A DNA stretch of 64,000 nucleotides, taken from NCBI GenBank assembly GCA_051313645.2, contig JBNRSN020000039.1:6820001-6884000 (forward strand), written 5' to 3'. The notes under the pieces are model-generated. The model was not told where the DNA came from. It searched no databases and was given only the letters and a program-made list of their open reading frames with translations. Numbering within the stretch: position 1 is the first letter of the stretch; every line of letters starts with the position of its first letter. This document shows, piece after piece, positions 1 through 12,597 of this stretch. A program made the translations under genes and the position numbers. The stretch is from Centroscyllium fabricii. Taxonomy: Eukaryota.

Positions 1-1109
1 GTAACAATTCTCCTGTATGAAATTGCACATTGTCTGGGCGCGAATGCTCCTGTGCCAGTCTAAAGTGTCTCCAGTCTTCAGTTGTACATTAGCCTTGTCT
101 GCAATCGTCATGAGCACATCGACTCTTTCTCCACTCTGGGATTACTAACCAAACCCGGCACTTGTACTCTCTTCATCGAAGAAAGATCAGTGCGAGCGCA
201 AGTCAAGCTGTCTTCATCCTGGACCATGTTGACTGATATCTTCTGCATGGTTTATGTGCACGCACTAGTTCAGCTTTAGTAAAATTTGGCTCCACCTAAT
301 TTCTTAGCAATTAACCAATTCTGCTCAATTGCTAATAATTACTTTGCATACCGTCAGAACCTGCTCCTGACTTTTGCTCCTGGTTCTGTATATTTTTCCT
401 CCTGATTCGTCAGGATACACCTTCCTCTCGGCTGTTGTCCACATAACCCCCTCGTCATACACCGGCATCTGAGAAGACTCCTCTAAGCATAAACATAACG
501 TTGAATATTCCTATGTCCCCGTGACTCTGTCCACTGTGGATTCAAAGCACTCTGTGTTATTGCTGCCTCGAGCATGGATTCGAACCGTGACGACCACTCA
601 CCCATTCACACTTACTGTAGCTCTTACTCTCCTGTATTCTTAACAGTCCCACTTTTCTTTTTAGTATTCCTGCCTTTTGGTTTTGATGACATGTCTTCTC
701 TTATGATGGCCATTATCTAAATAGACTAGTTAATGGGATTATTCATCCTTCTGTGTTTAAAAAACGTTCATTTATCCTGCTTCCTTGTAGACCTCGGACT
801 CCTGGGGTATTTGTATTATTCCCTTCTCTTGGTTTATTTACTTACTAAATTCTCCTGTTTGTGGTTAGGAAACTTCCTTCACTCTTCATATTACTCACCC
901 TCGTCGATTTCATTATGGCCCCGCCCACCCCAAAGGTTAATCAACAGAATCGCAGGGAAATTTCTCAAACTAGATAGAAAATTGAACCCGCAGTGAGTGT
1001 TGCTCATTATTCTCCTATTTATCAGTAGAAATGATCCAATGCCCCCCCGTTCCCAAGTCAGATATCTTAATCCGAAAGCAATTTCCCTGTTTTTGTAAAT
1101 GCGGTTTCT

Positions 1110-1575
1110 AGATAAGAAAAAATAAACATATGTAGAAAGAAAGAATGAAAAAAGGAATAATTGAAAGAAAGAACGTTTAGAAAGGAATAAAAAAGAAAGA
1201 CAGAAAGAAACACAACAAGCAAGAATGTAAACACACAAGAAAGAAAAACATGAATTATAAAATAACGAATGAATGGAGGAAGGAAAATAAAAATGTACAG
1301 TTAGAAGGAAAGAAAGATGTAAGGCAGTGAGGAATTAAATCAGGGANNNNNNNNNNNNNNNNNNNNNNNNNNNNNNNNNNNNNNNNNNNNNNNNNNNNNN
1401 NNNNNNNNNNNNNNNNNNNNNNNNNNNNNNNNNNNNNNNNNNNNNNNNNNNNNNNNNNNNNNNNNNNNNNNNNNNNNNNNNNNNNNNNNNNNNNNNNNNN
1501 NNNNNNNNNNNNNNNNNNNNNNNNNNNNNNNNNNNNNNNNNNNNTAAGGCAGGAAGGGAAGAATGCAGGAAACAA
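1110..1575. repeat. GA-rich (GAAA/GGAA) low-complexity tract; homologous tracts at ~5060-5570, 7420-7870, 17440-17860, 20150-20530, 23220-23340, 28740-29115, 31810-31925
   Basis: Degenerate aaag/gaag runs that follow the conserved blocks. Confidence 0.9.
1347..1544. other. Assembly gap (N run)
   Basis: Run of n. Confidence 1.
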
Positions 1576-1610
1576 GAAAGGATCGGGCTGGAATCCTCTT
1601 CTGCCCCGTT

Positions 1611-2514
1611 AGGTTGTGTGCTGAGCCCCCTCCTCCACTCCCTCTTCACTCACGACTGTGCGCCTGTCCAGGGCTCCAACACGATCATCAAGTTTGCGGA
1701 CGACACCACGTTGTTTGGCCAGATCACCAACAATGATGAGTCAGCCTACAGGGATGAGATCCAGCGCCTGGTGGGATGGTGTGCCGACAACAACCTGGCA
1801 CTGAATACCAAGAAAACTAAGGAGGACTGGATGCAGAAGACACCCCCCCCCCCCATCTTCTTCCAATGGGCCGAGGTGGAAAGACTGTCCAGCTTCAAGT
1901 TCCTCGGGGTCCACATCTCGGAAGACCTCTCCTGGTCACTAAACACCTCCTCTCTGGTTAAGAAGGCCCAACACCGCCTGTACTCCATAAGGAAACTGAA
2001 AAAAGCGGGGCTGTCATCCGGCATCCTCTCCAACTTCTACCGCTGCACATTCGAAAGCATACTGACAAGCTGCATCACTGTCTGGTATGGAAATTGCACC
2101 ATCTCGGACCGGAAGACCCTACAGCGTGTAGTCAAATCTGCCCAACGAATCACCGGTACCCAGCTACCGTCAATGGAAATAATCTACCTCAAACGCTACT
2201 TACGGAGGTCTCTGAACATTATTAAAGACCCCACACACCCCAGCCACAGTATGTTCGCCCCCCTGCCCTCCGAGAGATGCTACAGATCAATTCGCACCCG
2301 CACAACTAGATTTAAGAACAGCTTCTTCCCCAGGGCTGTCAGCCACCTGAACTCTAAAAATCAACTCCGGTACCTGCACACCTGAAAATGTAATTTACTG
2401 TATGCAATTTGCATGTAATATATTTGCACTACTCTCGGGAGTGTCGAGTCTTCGTCTCGTTGTATTGTACTAGTACTCTGCAATGACAATAAAACTTGAA
2501 TTGAATTGAATTGA
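1611..2514 (+). mobile_element. 5'-truncated Rex1/Babar non-LTR retrotransposon (RT C-terminal half, 3' UTR, (TTGAA)n tail)
   Basis: ORF 1618-2385: LSPLLHSLFTHDC...IIKFADDTT...FKFLGVHISEDLSWS...NSFFPRAV. Ends caatgacaataaaac(ttgaa)n. Inserted inside a 60-bp monomer. Confidence 0.9.
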
Positions 2515-3895
2515 ATAGACATTCTCCAGTCTGAAATTGTACATTGTCCTGGACTGAAATCATTATGTGCCCCTCTACACTATATCCAATCTAAAATTGT
2601 ACATTGGCCTGGGCTGCAATCATCCTGTGCCTATCTACAATGTATCAAGTGTTAACTTGTACATTGGCCTAGACTGGATTTCTCCTGTGTCCCTGTACAG
2701 TTTCTCCAGACTTAAAGTGTACATTGGCCTGGGCTGTAACTCTCCCGTGCCCCTCGACACTTGATCCAGTCTGAAATTGTACGTTATCCTGTGTTCGAAT
2801 CGTTCTGCGCCCCTTTCCACTTTCTCCAGTCAGTGATTGTGCATTACCCTGTGCAGAAATCGTCATGTACCTCACTGCGCTTTCTGCTGGCCAGCATTGT
2901 ATATTGGCATGGTCTGCAATCATGTAGTACAACACAGGACTTTCTCCAGGCTGAAATTGTACATGTGCCTGCGCTAGAATTATCTTATACCTCCCCGTGA
3001 TTTCTCCGGTCTGAAATTGTACATTTTACAGTGATGGAAGTCTCCACTGCCCATCAAAATTAGCTCTTGCCTGCAATCGGACGTTGCGCTGCGTTAGAAT
3101 CTTCCTGTGCCCCCCTGCACTTCCGCCAGGCTGAAATTGTACTTTGGACTGGGCTGGAGTCCTCCGAAGCAATTCTGCACTTTTCTCCAGTCTGAAATTG
3201 TACATTGCCTTGGGCTCGAATCCTCCCGTGTAGCTCTACACTTTCTCCAGTCTCAAATTGCACCTTGTACTCTCCTGTGCAGCTGTACAGTTGCTCGAGT
3301 CTGAAGTTGTAGATTGGCCTGGGCTGGAGTCCGCTTGAACATATCTGCAGTTGCTCCAGTCTAAAAGTGAACATTGTCCCGGCCTGGAATCCTGTGCAGC
3401 TCTACAGTTTTTCCCGTCTGATATTGTACATTGGCCTGGTCTTGATTCGTACTATCACCCACTTTACATACTGCAGCCTGGCGTAATGCATGGCCCTCAG
3501 CTGGAATTCCCCTTTAACCCTATAAAATTTCACATATCTGCCAGTATACATTGTCCTCGGCTGCATTCGTCATGTGCCCCTCTAATAGTTCTCCTGTATG
3601 AAATTGCACATTGGCTTGGGCGTGAAGCCTCCTGTACAGTTTGTCCAGACTGAGTTTGTAAATTGTCCTGGGCTGTGATCCGCATGTGCCCCTCTACGTT
3701 TTTGCAGACTGAAATTCTACATTTGCCTCGACTTCAAAAGTCCTATACCCCTCTAAACATACTGCCATCAGAAACTCTTCATTTCCCTGGGCTGGCATCC
3801 TCCTGTGCCGCTCTACAATATCTCCAGTCTGAAACTGTTCATTGGCCTAGGCTACAATCCCCCAGTGTCACTCTACTCTTTCAACAGTCTGTAAT
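2515..3895. repeat. 60-bp minisatellite array
   Basis: Diverged monomers of consensus ~ctccagtctgaaattgtacattggcctgggctggaatcctcctgtgcccctctacacttt. Confidence 0.93.
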
Positions 3896-4169
3896 CAGGG
3901 CATGGAAGACAGATCAGAGCGAGCGCATGTAAAGCTGTCTTCATCCTGGACTCTGTTGAATAAGATCCTCTGCATGGTTTCTGTGCACGCACTACTTCAG
4001 CTTCACATATATTTGGTTTCAACTAATTTGTTAATCATTAAACAATTCCGCTCAACTGCTAATCAATATTTTGTTTACCGTCAGAACCAGCCCTTGACTT
4101 TGATCCTGGTTCAGTTTAATTTTCCATCTGATTCGTCAGTTTCCTCCTTCCTCTCGGCTATTGTCCATC

Positions 4170-4395
4170 TGTGGTAAACCACTAATCTGCCTGTACAGAA
4201 CATGTCTGGGCATGCTTAAACTGGCACCGCCGCTGGCTTCACTCCTAAGCCCCGGTATAAAGGTGATTTACCTCCAGTCCCCTGGCTTTAATGATCGGTC
4301 TACCAGCAGAGGCATGATCGTTTTCTTCTGTTAATAAAAGCCTACTTGTTAAAAGTTTATCTCTTTGACTTTTTGGAGTTTTTGATGGCACATCG
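4170..4395 (+). mobile_element. Solo LTR (226 bp), Gypsy family related to the element at 51.5-55.6 kb
   Basis: Starts tgtggtaaac and ends gcacatcg. 5-bp TSD ccatc (4165-4169 / 4396-4400). Contains TATAAA and aataaaagcct. Absent from the other macro-repeat units. Confidence 0.85.
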
Positions 4396-5570
4396 CCATC
4401 TAAACATTTTTTTTGATTCCTGAATCAGAGAAAAATCCTCTAAGCAGAATCTACAACGTTGATTATTCCTATGTCCCCGTGACTCTGTCCTGTGTGCAAC
4501 CATAAAACTCTGTGTTCGGGCTTCCTGGAGCATGGATACGTGCTGTAACTACCACTCCCCCCTCCACGCTGCTTGTAGCTCGTACTCTCCCTTATAGTTA
4601 ATATTCACCCTTTCCGTTTTAGTAGTCTCGCATTTTGGTTTTGCTGCCATATCTTCCCTTATAATGGTGATTCCCTCGCTATCCTGGTTACTGAGATTAA
4701 TGATCCTTCTGTGTTTAAAAACATTTCCTTTCTCCTGCGTCCATGTAGATCTCGGACTCTTCGGATATTTGTATTATTCCCAAATCTTGGTTTCTTGTTA
4801 TTACTCAATTCTCCTGTTTGTGGTTATGAAACATCCTTCACTCTTCGTCGCTTTCTTTATGACCTCCCCCCCCCCCCCCGCCGCACCCCGTATATTTTAC
4901 ACAGAATCACAGGAAAATTCTCAAACGAGAAAGAAGATGAACCCATGGAGAAAGTTGCTCAGCATTCTCCTCTGTATCAGTGGAACTGATCCCCTGTGCC
5001 CCCCGTTCCCATATCTGATAACAAAATCAAAAGCTGTTGCCCTGTCTTTGTAAAAAGAGATTTGTATATGAGAAGGATAACATATAAAGAATGAATGAGT
5101 GAAAAAAGGAACGGATGAAAGAAAGAACATTTAGAAAGGAATAAAAAAGAAAGACAGAAAGAAAGCGAACAAGCAAGATAGTGAACATGCAAGAAAGAAA
5201 CAAAGAAAATATGGAATAAAGAAAGAAAGTAGGATGAAAATAAAGAAAAAAGTAAGGAAAGAAAGAAATAAGGCAATGACGAATTAATGCAGGAAAGAAG
5301 GAACGAAGGAAGAAGGCAAGGCAGAAAGAAAGTAGGAAAGAGTGAATTAAAGAAAGGAAGAAAGAAATAAAGAAAAAAAGAACGAGGGAAATAAATCAGG
5401 CAGGAAGTACGGAATGAATGAAGAAACGAGGAGCTAAAAAAAGACAGTAAGTAAGTAAAAACATTGAGAAAGATCGAAGAAAAGAAATTATGAAAGTTAG
5501 ATTTAAAAAGAAAGAAAGAACGAAAGAATGAAACAAATGCCGGAAGGAACGAATGAAGAAAAAAGGAAAG

Positions 5571-6500
5571 GACAGGCCTGGTGTCCTCCAGTGGTATTCG
5601 GAAATTACTCCAGTCTGGAATTGTATTTTGACCTGGGCTGGAATCTTCCTGTGCGACTCTAAACATTCTCCAGTCTGAAATTATACATTGACCTGGGCTA
5701 GAGTTCTCCTGTGGCCCTCAACATATTCTCCAGCCTGATATTGTACGTGGGACTGTGGGGAATTCCCCATGAGTCACTCTGGACTTGCTCCAGACAGACA
5801 TTGTGCATTTACCTGTGCTGGAATCATGCTGTGCCACTCTGGAATTCCCCTAGCCAGAAATTGCACATTTTCTGGTGACGGTAGCCTCCGCTGCCCCTCT
5901 ATACATTCTCTTGCCTGAAATTGTACATTGTCCTGTGCTGGATTCCTGCTTAACCCCTCTGCGCATTCTCCAGTCCGAAATTGTACTTTGTTCTGGGCTG
6001 GAATACTCGTATGCACCTCTACACGTTCGCCAGTCTGAATTTGTACAGTGCCACCGTATGGTGTCCTACTTTGCCCCTCTGTACTCACTGCAGTCTGAAT
6101 TTATCAAGTGTCGTCGCCGGAAATTCTCCGTTACCACTTTAAACATTCTCAGATCTGAAAACGTACACTCTCCTCGGATGGATTCGTCAGACTCCCCTTT
6201 AATAATTCTCCTGTGTGATATTTTAAATTGGCATGGGCTGGAGTCCTGATGTGCCGCTCTACAGTTTCTCCAGTCTCAAGTGTACCTTGGCGTGGCCTGG
6301 ATTTCTCCTGTGCTCCTCTACCCTTTTTCAGACTGACATTCTATATTGGCCTAATCTGAAATCCTGCCATGCCCCTCTAAAACTTCTCCATTGTGAAATT
6401 CCCCATTGGCCTGGGCTACCGCTCTATACAGTCTCCTGTCTGCAATTTTCCATTGGCCTTGTCTGTAATCTTCCTGTGCCCCTCTACTCTTTCTCCAGTC
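5571..6500. repeat. 60-bp minisatellite array
   Basis: Same monomer family. Confidence 0.93.
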
Positions 6501-6535
6501 TGGGATTATGAACCAGCCCCGTCGATTGTACTCAC

Positions 6536-6581
6536 TGCATCGAAGGCAGATCAGAGCGAGCGCAAGTAGAGCTGCCTTCAT
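6536..6581 (-). other. Putative signal-peptide (leader) exon, MKAALLALALICLRC + 1 nt, phase-1 donor GTGAGT
   Basis: The minus strand reads ATG AAG GCA GCT CTA CTT GCG CTC GCT CTG ATC TGC CTT CGA TGC A|GTGAGT. Homologous ATGs at 217, 3944, 14600, 15464, 19290, 22254, 27905 and 30841. Confidence 0.55.
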
Positions 6582-6635
6582 CCTGGACCAGTTGAATGAT
6601 ATATTCTGCAAGGTTTCTGTGCGTGCAGTAGCTCA

Positions 6636-6745
6636 GCTTTATTAATATTTGGCTGCATCGTATTTGTTAATCATTAAAAAATTCCGCTCAATTGCTAATC
6701 ATTAATTTGTTTACCGTCATTACTGACCTTGACTTTTACTCCTGG
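6636..6745 (-). promoter_or_regulatory. Putative hepatocyte-type promoter: TATA-like stretch, two HNF1-like sites, FOXA motif
   Basis: gttaatcattaaa 6666-6678, gctaatcattaat 6694-6706 and tgtttac 6708-6714. TATTAATAAAG lies on the minus strand ~60 bp upstream of the ATG. The layout is conserved across units. Confidence 0.5.
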
Positions 6746-7869
6746 TTCTGTTTAGTTTTCCTTCTGTTTCGTAAGCGTAGTCCTTCCACTCGGCTATTGT
6801 CCCGCTAACCCCATTTTCATACTCTGGTATCTGAGAAGACTCCTCTACGTTTAACGTACAATGTTGAATATTCCTATGTCCCATTGACTCTGTTCAGTTA
6901 TGAATCGTATCCCTCGGTGTTACTGCAGCCCAGAGCATGTATTCGTACCGTGACCACCACTCACCCGCAATCCTGATTGTAGCTCTTACTCTCCTGTATT
7001 TTAAACATTCCCCATACTACAGCCTTTTGTTTTTGCTGAGATCTTTTCCCTAGTAGTGGCCATTCCCTCGCTATCCTGGTCCCTGGGATTATTCATGCTT
7101 CTGTTTTTAAACACATTTCCTTCCTCCTGCTTCCGTGTCGACCTCGGCCTTCTGGGTTCTTCGTATTATTACCTTTTCTCCATTTTTTCTGATGACTCAA
7201 TTCTCCTCTCTGTGGTTATTGAAATTCCTTCATTCTTCTTATTACTCAATCTCGTCCTAATCATTATGTCGCCACCCACCCCGAACGTTTTTACACAAAA
7301 TCACAGGGAAATTACACATGCATGTCCTCTCTATCAGTGGAGCTGATCCCATGTGCTCCCCCGTTCCCATATCAGATATCCTAAACAGAAAGCTATTTCC
7401 TTTTTTTTGTAAAAGCTGTTTGTATATAAGAAGCAAAAAAATATAAAGAAAGAATGAATGAAATGGCGTTTAGAAAGTAATAACAACGAAATACAGAAAG
7501 AAAGAGAACAAGAAAGAAAGTAAAAATGCAAGAAAAGAAACAAAGAAAATAAGAAATAAAGAACGAAAGTAAAAGAAAGAAAAATAAATGTAAAGAATGC
7601 AAGAATGAAAGAAGTAAGGAAGTGAGGAATTATTACAGGAAGCAAGGAACGAATGAAGAAAGAAAGGAAGAAAGATAGAAAGTAGTAAAGAGAGAAGGAA
7701 CGAAACGAAGGTAGAAAAAAAGAAAGAGAATGAGAGAAATAAATAAATAAATAATGACCGAAAGAACGAAGGCAGGAAGAATGTGAGTAAGATCGAAGGA
7801 AAGAAAGAAAGTAAGAAAACGAAAGAAATACGTAATGCAGGAAGGAAATAATGAAGGAAATAGGAAAGG

Positions 7870-10710
7870 ACCGTGCTGGAGTCCTTCTTTGCAGCTCTAT
7901 ACATTCTCCAGTATGAAATTAGACATTGTCCTGAGCTATAATCCTCCTGTACCCCTCTGCCCTTTTTCCAGTCTGAAATAGTACATTCTCCTGGGCTGAC
8001 ATCCTCTTGTGTCCCTCGACACATTCTCCTGCCGCAAATTATTCATGCTCCTGGGCTGCAATCTTCCCGTGTCCGTATACACCTTTTCCAGTCTGAAATT
8101 CTACATTTGCCTGAGCTGGACTTCTCTTTTCCACCTCTGCACATTCTCCAGTCAGAAATTGTGCATTGTTCGGGACTGGAATCGTCCTGTGCCGCTGTAG
8201 ACTTTCTCCAGTCTGGAATTGATCATAATCCAGTAGGCCCATCTACAAATTGCCGAGTATGAAATTATATATTGGCCTCAGCTGGAATCCTCATCGGCCC
8301 CTTTACATTTTCTCCCATCTTAAATTGTAGATGTTCTCTCCTGGGACACTCCTGTGCCCATCGACAATTTATCCAGCCTCAACTTGTCCATTGACTTGGG
8401 CTGGAATTATCCTGCGCCCCTCTTAATTTGCTGCAGTCCGAAATTGTACGTTGTCCTCGGCTGGAATCCTCCGGTGCCCCTTTACATTTTCCCCTGTCTT
8501 ACTTGTAAATTGGCCTCGGCTAGAATTTCCTGTGCACCTCTACATTTTCGCAATTCCGAAATTGTACAATGGCCTGGGCTGGCATCCTCTTGTGTCACTC
8601 TAGATTTTGTCCATAATGAAGTCGTACATTGGACTGAGCAACAATGTACTATGCCGCTCTAAACTTTCCCCAGCCTGACACTGTATATTGGCCAGTGCTG
8701 CAATTCACCCGAGCACATCTACAATATCTCCAATCTAAAATTGTGCACTGGCCTGGGCTGGAATCATCCTGTGTCCCGCTAAATTGTCTCCAGTCTCAAA
8801 TTGTACCGTGGCCTGAGCTGGAATACTCCTACGTCCCTCAGAAACTTCTCCCATCCGTAATTGTGCATTCGCCTGGGCTGGAAACCTCCTGTGCCCCATT
8901 TCAATTCCTCCATTCTCAAATTGTTTAATGGCCTGGGAGATAAACCTGTTCTGTGACTCTGGATTTGCTAAAGACTGAAATTGCACATTGTTCACTGCTG
9001 GAAACAATTTGATATTTGCTGGTATTTTATCCAGTCCGAAATTGAACATTTTCCGGTGTTGGAATATGCCACTGTCCCTCTATACTTTCTGCAGTCTGAA
9101 ATTATACATTGGTCTGGGATGGTATACTCCTGTAAACCTCGGCCCTTCCACCAGTCTGAATTTGTAATTTGGTATGTGCTGGAGTCCTCCTGTGCACCTC
9201 TAAACTTACTGCAGTCTGAAATTTACATTGCCCTAGACTGCAATGCTCCATTTCACTCTACATATTCTCCAGTCTGAAATTGTACATTGGCCTGTACGAA
9301 AATCGTCCTCTGCCACTCTGCACTTTTTCCAGTATGAAATTGTACATTGTCCTGTACTTTAATCGCCCTGTGTCCCTCTGCACTTTTTCCAGCATGGAAT
9401 TGAACATTGTCCTGTACAATATTCGTCCTGTGCCCCCATGCACTTTCTCCAGTCTGAAATTGTACATTGGCCTGGGCTGGAATTCTCCTGTGCTACTCTG
9501 AACCATCGCCAGGCTGAAATTGTACATTGGCCTGTGCTGAAATCCTCCTGAGCCCCTTTGTACTTTCTCCAGTTTGAAATGGTATATTTGCTTGGCCTAG
9601 AATTCTCTTGTGCCACTCTGTACTTTCTCCACTTTGAAATTGTATATTTGCTTCTCCTAGATTTCTCTTGTGCCACTCTGGATTTTCGCGAGACTGAAAT
9701 TATATTTTTTCCCCGGCTGGCAAACTCCTGTGCTGCTCAAAACATTGTCCAGTCTGAAATTGTACATTGGCCTGTTCTGGAATTCTCCTTTGGCACTTAA
9801 CTTGTTCTCCAGTCTGAAATTGTACATCGGCCAGTGCTGTAATAATCCCATGCGCCTCTACACTATCTCCAGTCTAAAGTTGTGCATTGCCTGAGCTGGA
9901 TTCATACTGTTCAACTTTACATTTTCTGCAGTCTCAAATTGTACATTTGCCTGGGCTGGAATCCTCCTGCGTTACTCTGAACATTCTCCCATTTGTAATT
10001 GTTCATTAGCCTGGGCTGGAATCCTCCTGTGCCCCACTTCAATTTCTCCATTATTAAATTGTATAATGGCCTGTGATGGAATAACTCTTCTGCCACTCTG
10101 TTTTTTCTAAAGACTGACATTGCTCATTGTCCTGTGCTGGAGCAATCTTGTGACTTTCTAGAATGTATCCAGACTTAAATTGTACATTTTCCGGTGATGG
10201 AATTCTCCGCTGCCCCCCTATAATTTCTACAGTCTGAAATTGTATATTGGTCTGTCCTGGAATCCTCCTGGACGTCACTAAACTATCACCATTCTGAAAT
10301 GGTACATTTGACTGTGCTGCAGGCATCCTGAGCCCCTCTCTACTTTCTCCACTCTAAAAGTGTATACTGGCTTTGGCTAAAATTCTCTTGTACCACTCTG
10401 GACTTTCTCCAGACTAAAATTTGACATTTTCCTTTGAAGGAGTCGTCCGCTGACCCTCTGTACCTTCTCTTTCCTCAGGTTGTATAATTTCCTGGTCTGG
10501 AAACCTCCTTGACACCTCTGCACTTGCTCCAGTTCTAAATTATACACTTTCCAGAGCTGGAATACTCATGTGTCCATCTAAACTGTCTCCAGCTTCAAAT
10601 TGTAAGTTGGCCTGGGCTGGAGCACTCCTGAGCCCCTCTACACTTACTGCAGTCTGAGCATGTACATAGGCCTAGGCTGAAATAATCCTATGCCTGTCGA
10701 CCCTATCTCC
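7870..10710. repeat. 60-bp minisatellite array
   Basis: Same monomer family, roughly 47 monomers by length. Confidence 0.93.
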
Positions 10711-10877
10711 ATTTTTTTTGCTGACATCTCCTCCGTTATAATGGCCATTCTCTCGCCATCCTGGTTAATGTAGTTATTCAACCTTCCGTGTTTCATCACA
10801 TTTCCTGCCTCCTGCTTCCAGGTAATCTTCGGCCTCCTGGAATCTTCATATTACTCATTTTTCTTAGTTTCTTGTTA

Positions 10878-11758
10878 TTCAATTCAATTCAATTCAATTC
10901 AAGTTTTATTGTTATTGCAGAGTACTAGTACAATACAACGAGACGAAGACTCGACACTCCCGAGAGTAGTGCAAACAAAACAAACAAACCACATAAATAA
11001 ATTGCATACAGTAAAGTTCATTATCAGGCGTGCAGGTGCCGGAGTTTCTTTTTAGAGTTCAGGAGGCTGACAGCCCTGGGGAAGAAGCTGTTCTGAAATC
11101 TAGTTGTGCGGGTGCAAACTGCTCTGTAGCGTCTCCCCGGAGGGCAGAGGGGCGAACAGACTGTGGCTGGGGTGTGTGGGGTCTTTTATAATGTTCATAG
11201 ACCTCCGTAAGCAGCGTTTGAGGTAGATGCTTTCCACTGACGGTAGCTGTGTACCGGTAATTCGTTGGGCAGTTTTGACTACCCGCTGCAGGTTTTTCCG
11301 GTCCGAGATAGTGCAATTACCATACCAGACAGTGATGTAGCTTGTCAGTATGCTTTCTATTGTGCAGCGGTAGAAGTTGGAGAGGATGCCGGATGACAGC
11401 CTGGCTTTCTTCAGCTTCCTAAGGAAGTACAGGCGCTGTTGGGCCTTCTTAACCAGAGAGGAGGTGTTTAATGACCAGGAGAGATCTTCCGAGATGTGGA
11501 CCCCGTGGAACTTGAAGCTGGACACCCTTTCCACCTCAGCCCCTTGGATGAAGATGGGGGTGTGTCTTCTGCTTCCAGTCGTCCGGAAGTCCACTATGAT
11601 CTCCTTCGTTTTCTTGGTGTTAAGTGCCAGGTTGTTGTCGGCACACCAACCGACAAGGTGCTGGATCTCATCCCTGTAGGCTGACTCGTCGTTGTTGGTG
11701 ATCTGGCCAACCACCGTGGTGTCATCCGCGAACTTGATGATCGTGTTGGAGCCATGGA
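10878..11758 (-). mobile_element. 5'-truncated Rex1/Babar retrotransposon, same family as 1611-2514
   Basis: ORF 11100-11765 (-): IIKFADDTTVVGQI...KTKEIIVDFR. (ttcaa)n tail at ~10878-10902; the 3' UTR closely matches the first copy. Confidence 0.92.
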
Positions 11759-12031
11759 TACTCAATTCTCCTGTCTGTGGTTATAAAACTTCCTTCATTT
11801 TACTTAATACTCAAACACTTCGTCTTCATTATGAACACGGCCCACCCCATAGGTTATTACACAGAATCACAGGGAAGTTACTCAAACAAAACGAAAATTG
11901 AACCCACCGTGCATGCTGCTCATTTTAGTCCTCTATGACAGTGCAACTAATCCCCTGTGCCGCCCCCCCCCCCCCCGTTCCAATTTCAGATATCCTAAGC
12001 AGAAAGCTAATTACCTGTTTTTGTAAAGCGG

Positions 12032-12579
12032 NNNNNNNNNNNNNNNNNNNNNNNNNNNNNNNNNNNNNNNNNNNNNNNNNNNNNNNNNNNNNNNNNNNNN
12101 NNNNNNNNNNNNNNNNNNNNNNNNNNNNNNNNNNNNNNNNNNNNNNNNNNNNNNNNNNNNNNNNNNNNNNNNNNNNNNNNNNNNNNNNNNNNNNNNNNNN
12201 NNNNNNNNNNNNNNNNNNNNNNNNNNNNNNNNNNNNNNNNNNNNNNNNNNNNNNNNNNNNNNNNNNNNNNNNNNNNNNNNNNNNNNNNNNNNNNNNNNNN
12301 NNNNNNNNNNNNNNNNNNNNNNNNNNNNNNNNNNNNNNNNNNNNNNNNNNNNNNNNNNNNNNNNNNNNNNNNNNNNNNNNNNNNNNNNNNNNNNNNNNNN
12401 NNNNNNNNNNNNNNNNNNNNNNNNNNNNNNNNNNNNNNNNNNNNNNNNNNNNNNNNNNNNNNNNNNNNNNNNNNNNNNNNNNNNNNNNNNNNNNNNNNNN
12501 NNNNNNNNNNNNNNNNNNNNNNNNNNNNNNNNNNNNNNNNNNNNNNNNNNNNNNNNNNNNNNNNNNNNNNNNNNNNNNN
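12032..12579. other. Assembly gap (N run)
   Basis: Run of n. Confidence 1.
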
Positions 12580-12597
12580 AATGAAGGAACAATGAAA

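Noticed and set aside
4977-5666. Long F/L/S-rich ORFs (also 7470-8024 and others) resembling membrane proteins
   Set aside because: They are antisense readings of GA-rich low-complexity tracts that lack stop codons.
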